A program made the position numbers and the translations under genes. From the human T2T-CHM13v2.0 reference genome, Homo sapiens: a DNA stretch of 64,000 nt. The stretch is from the NCBI RefSeq assembly GCF_009914755.1, contig NC_060932.1; one strand, given 5' to 3'. Under the pieces are notes generated by a model that saw nothing but the letters and a program-made list of their open reading frames with translations, searched no databases and was not told where the DNA came from. Below, piece after piece: positions 39,598 through 64,000 of the stretch. The stretch's first letter is position 1. Each line of letters begins with the position of its first letter.

Positions 39598-39930
39598 CAG
39601 TAGTTTCCCCATTACCTGTGGTTTCACTTTCCACAGTTTCAGTCTCCGTCAATTGAGGTCAGAACATAGGTGAGTACAGTACAATAAGATACTTTGAGAG
39701 AGCGACCACATTCTCAAAACTTTTATTACAGTATGTGTTATAATTGTTCTATTTTATTATTAGCTATTGCTCTTGATCTCATCCAGTTCATAACTTATAA
39801 ATTAAACTTTATCATAGATGTGTATGTAAAGGAGAAAAACATAGTATATATAGGGCTCAGTACTATCCAAGGTTTCAGGCATCCACTATGGTTCTTGGAA
39901 CTTATCTCCCACAGATAAGGGGGACTACTG
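39598..39930. mobile_element. MER44A/Tigger7-type DNA transposon
   Basis: Inverted termini CAGTAGTTTCCCCATTA... and ...GATAAGGGGGACTACTG followed by TA. Confidence 0.8.
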
Positions 39931-40449
39931 TAATTGTTACAGCCATTTCTTTTTGGATGTAGACTGGATGTGGGTCTTGGATGAATGAGCAAATGCTAGT
40001 CTATTATGATAAAAATCATTCACCCACTCACTGGCCATGCTATCACAAGTGCCTTTTGCAAAAGCTATGCAAGATGGCTGAGAGCTCTTTAAAGCTCACT
40101 TCCAAACCAAGCCTGTGGTCACAGCTGGAGGATCCAAGTAGGTATCTTTCATTCTCATGCAGTTTCTTGTCTGGTGTCCCTGGCATCTGTCTGTTGCCTT
40201 GTCCCTACTCGACTCTCCACAGTGATGCATTGATCAGACTGGCTACCGAGCTGTCTATTTCCAGTTAGCCTCCAGACACTGACTTGATCCATCCTGGCCT
40301 CTTGGTCTTTAGCCCTTGGTCCAGTCCAGCCTCAGTCCGACAGCCCAAATGTTCCATGGAGAGGTACAGCTAAGTAAATTTTATTACCTCCATTCAGTGC
40401 AGTGTTATGTAGTCCTTACACAGTATGACTATTAAGACTATGAAAACAA

Positions 40450-47833
<7,384 letters not shown>

Positions 47834-48478
47834 CATACCAATTTCCCAACAAAACCATGGATTTTTAAATAGACTGTGGTTCATCCACGTGGAGCAATAC
47901 TATGTAGAAGTACTGTAGAGATGCTATGTAAAACTCAGTGGAGAACTTCTGTGCAGTCATAACAACAATCTGGCAGAAATGAATTTCTGAATATATCAAT
48001 CTATTGGTCCCCAGTTTAAGGGCCACCTCCTCTATTAAGAGGTTCCACGCCTCTCCTACCCCTCGGTTCAGCATTTGTAGTCTGTGGCTGTAGTTACCAC
48101 AGCCCATTCGTGGGCAAAAATCTCCACAGCCCACGGGGCCTCCTCATTCCAAAGGAATAAGGGAGGGAGAGAGGGAAAAGATAAAAATAATTAAGTTGCA
48201 ATAAATGTATTGTTTTTCACAAGAGAAGTAGTTTATTCAAATGATGATTTAAATATTTTTATTCAATTTGAATATTTAATACAATATCCTGTAGACGTAA
48301 AAATAAACCAGGATTTATTGAATTTATTTAACTAGAAGATAGCCAAATTTGTAGCACTAGTACAAATAGCTCTAACTTATAGTCAGCCTGTCATCAAAAG
48401 CACCCAAGAAGGATTGCATGTTTGGCTCTTTCTGTAAGAAAACTCCCCTGACAGCATCTAAACCTCTGGTTTGGTAAC

Positions 48479-48878
48479 GATTATGCGCTGAATTCTGTCT
48501 CCCCAAACATTCATATGTTGAAATCCTGACCCTCAGGACCTCAGAATGTGACTGTATTTGGAGATAGGGTCTTTAGAGAGGTAATTAAGTTAAAATGGGG
48601 TAATGAGGTGAGCACTAATCCCATATAAGTGATGTCCTTATAAGGAGAGGAAATTTGGATACAGGGGGAGCTACTGGGGCACACAGAGGAAAGACCCTGT
48701 GAAGACAGAGAAAAGATGGCCGTCTACAAGCCAAGGACGGAAGTGTCAGGAGAAACCAATCCTGCTAACACGTTCAGCTGAGACTTCTGGCCTCCAGAAC
48801 TGTGAGAAAATTAATATCTGATGTTTAAACCACCCCGTCTGTGCTACTTTATTACGGCACTCCTAGCAGACTAACGCA
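48479..48878 (+). mobile_element. MLT1-family MaLR solo LTR
   Basis: CCTCAGAATGTGACTGTATTTGGAGATAGGGTCTTTA...GACTTCTGGCCTCCAGAACTGTGAGAAAAT...CTAGCAGACTAACGCA. Confidence 0.85.
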
Positions 48879-49249
48879 GTAATTAATCATTTGCTAAGGA
48901 GAGACCTCTTCCATTCTTCTTTCATAATTTGACATGAGTGCCATTAAAAACTTCGAATGTGTTTTGTGTGGTTTTTCCCAACTAGATGGTAAGGTTCTTG
49001 ACGGTGCTGAACATAAACCAATTAGCTCAGTGTCTTGAGTAGAACTCACTAGATGTTTATTGATTAAATTTAATGACAAGATGTGTAGCCTGGTTCTGTG
49101 AAAAAGAAGAAGTGAGAAAAGAGGGGAAAGTTAGTTGGGGGTAGACACTGACATTTCTATGTGAGTGCTCCTTTCAGTTAATATTTAATGAAAGATTGAA
49201 ATGGTGCTTTAAGGGTTTACAAAGTGACGTTCATAGACCTGATCTCATT

Positions 49250-49930
49250 CACGCTTCACAACGCCGTCATTGGCTACATTTTGCTGAGGAGGAAACTGAG
49301 CTCAGAGCTGTTGCCTCCCGGGCGCGGTCACACAGGACCAGAGGCGCCTTAGAACTAGGGCATAGGCTGGCTCCTCTGTGGGATTCAAATGCTCTCCTGC
49401 TAAACCGCATTCACTGAGCTCACCCCCGCTCTCCTTAAACACCAAGTTGAAGAGGACTCACAAATCGTGCACTCTCAACTAAGCCCTTTGTAAGACTCCG
49501 GACCTCGGGCTAGCACAGGAGAGAGGTCGCTGCAATTAAAATACAAAGTATGTGCATGTTTTTAAGTTCAGGTAAAGAAATTAAGCTCTGGTACGGATAT
49601 TGTGCACTTACTGCAAGTTCTCAGAGTTTCTCGGGGCAGTTTTTCTTTTTCCATTCGCGGTTTTCCGGCCACGGTCAGGGTGGCTGTGCACTTAGTTACT
49701 TGGCTGAAACGTTCTCACTTCTCTCTTCCCCGGGCTTCCTCCTGAGTGACCAGCTGGCTAACAGCTGGCCCGTTCTCAGTAGACCTGCTAAGGCGCTCTT
49801 TATGCGAAGGCCAGGGGGCGGGCAGCCCCCAGCTCTACTGGGTCCCTCCCGCCTTTCTTTGGGGCTGCAAGCCCTCTTTTCTCTCATCACAAACTCAGTA
49901 AACAAATGAGAGTAGCTGCTAAACACTTGA
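49250..49930. promoter_or_regulatory. CpG-enriched unique segment, candidate enhancer
   Basis: Many retained CpGs; tandem CAGCTG E-boxes at 49751 and 49762; CCAGGGGGCGGG at 49811. Confidence 0.45.
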
Positions 49931-50132
49931 AGTCAGAAAGGATTTATATGCCAATAAAGGGATTTTTTTTCTCCAATAGTTAAGTGTTTGGGAAAATAAA
50001 ATTAGATCTCAGCCTCCGTGGAAGCCCCCACACCCACCCGAGACACTGAGAAGACCTAGCACCACTTCCCTCCCCACTCAGGGTTGGGTGATGCAAACTA
50101 AAAACAATGCTGAAGACAGAGAACACTCTAAA

Positions 50133-51378
<1,246 letters not shown>

Positions 51379-51419
51379 TAACCTTCAGGAAGATAGCTGA
51401 TGCTTTTAAAGAACTTTCA

Positions 51420-58232
<6,813 letters not shown>

Positions 58233-58589
58233 TAAATGTTTTAACTTTTCATTTACCTATTTGGACCTGGTATAAAGACAGCTGTAGATTTATTAAAGCA
58301 GTATAGTCTGAAAAGACTGTAGGAAACTAGATTTATACCGACCACAGACAGCGCAGCACAGGCCGAGGCAGTTCCTGGTCATAGAAGCGTGAGGAAACAG
58401 ACAGCAACACCCAAATACAGATGGCTCCTGATAATTGACCGGCTCCTTTCCAAGTGGCCAAAAGTTATTTCCGGAATGGAGCACAAAGCAAACCATCTGC
58501 TAAGGTTTTGGGAGAGGCTGCAGTTGGTCATACATGGAGAAGAACACAGCATCCAATCCAGAGCCCTCTCCCCGCCACCTCCTTTATTA

Positions 58590-58760
58590 AAGGGCTCTCA
58601 CACTTGGGGCCATTATGTACCTGTTCTAATCACCCAGGGCCAGGGACCAAACAACTATGGAACAGCCCATATTCCCCAGGCCCCTGAAATCATCCAAGCC
58701 AGCCAATCCTAAGCCTGCTTACCCTGCAGGGCCCTTCCATGGAGAGCGCAGTAAAGTGGA
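58590..58760 (+). mobile_element. ERVL-type LTR fragment (MER74-like)
   Basis: CTAATCACCCAGGGCCAGG...AGCCAATCCTAAGCCTGCTTACCCTGC resembles the recalled consensus. Confidence 0.4.
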
Positions 58761-58825
58761 TTAGGCCCAGCTCAAGTTCAGCCACAGGACCTACCAGAAG
58801 TCTCCCAACCCCCAGGCTGACAGCA

Positions 58826-58866
58826 GGGTGGGGGTGGGGTAGGGGTGGGGTAGGGGTGGGGTGGGG
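58826..58866 (+). repeat. (GGGGT)n-like G-rich repeat, G-quadruplex potential
   Basis: Eight runs of 3-5 G with 1-2 nt loops. Confidence 0.85.
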
Positions 58867-59269
58867 ATGTGGAATCTCCAGGAAAATGTGGAAGTCTCTT
58901 GGAGGAACTGGTTCCTCAATGGGGAGCCTGCAGGATGGCTGCAGTGACAGAGGGAGGTCTGCCAGCCAGCCCTCTCTTGCCCTGTGTGTCTTCAGGACAT
59001 GCTACCTTGCTGTCTGTTTTCAGTCACCACAGGGCTGTAGCTTTTCCCCAAAAATTGTTTCAAGGAATAGTGTCTCACATTCCTAGTTATATAATCACAC
59101 ACATCCTGCAACAGTTAGACAAGGCAAATTAGACAAAGATCATAACACCTCTCAAGTAGCTGTTTAATTTTGCAAAGTCTTGAAGACAGTGAAGCTTTTC
59201 CAATATTTTTTAAAACCTGTATCCCAGGTGTAAAGTTCTATTTTGAAATGATTGAAAGGCCAAACTGAA

Positions 59270-64000
<4,731 letters not shown>

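Overview
Primate (most likely human) genomic DNA, very Alu-rich. Bases ~1-31,400 hold the 3' half of TGS1 (PIMT, trimethylguanosine synthase 1) on the + strand. Seven coding exons (1029-1203, 3965-4271, 7508-7657, 9944-10087, 15932-16148, 18091-18169, 29632-29754) splice in frame to ~397 C-terminal residues, including the whole RNA-cap methyltransferase domain, and are followed by the 3' UTR. One intron (16149-18090) is a textbook minor-spliceosome (U12) AT-AC intron. The most intriguing observation is a second, hidden set of U12 signals around the last (GT-AG) intron: an ATATCCTT donor 71 nt into the intron, and a perfect TTCCTTAAC branch point plus AC inside the last coding exon. Together they suggest a twintron-like or unproductive U12 splicing route in the enzyme that caps spliceosomal snRNAs; this is an inference and untested. 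The rest is intergenic (towards LYN, from recalled synteny) and holds Alus, LTRs, DNA transposons, a 44-bp VNTR, a polyadenylated retrotransposed 28S rRNA fragment and candidate enhancer/CTCF sites. Repeat boundaries and subfamilies were assigned by eye and are approximate. Almost all ORFs in the track are Alu artefacts.
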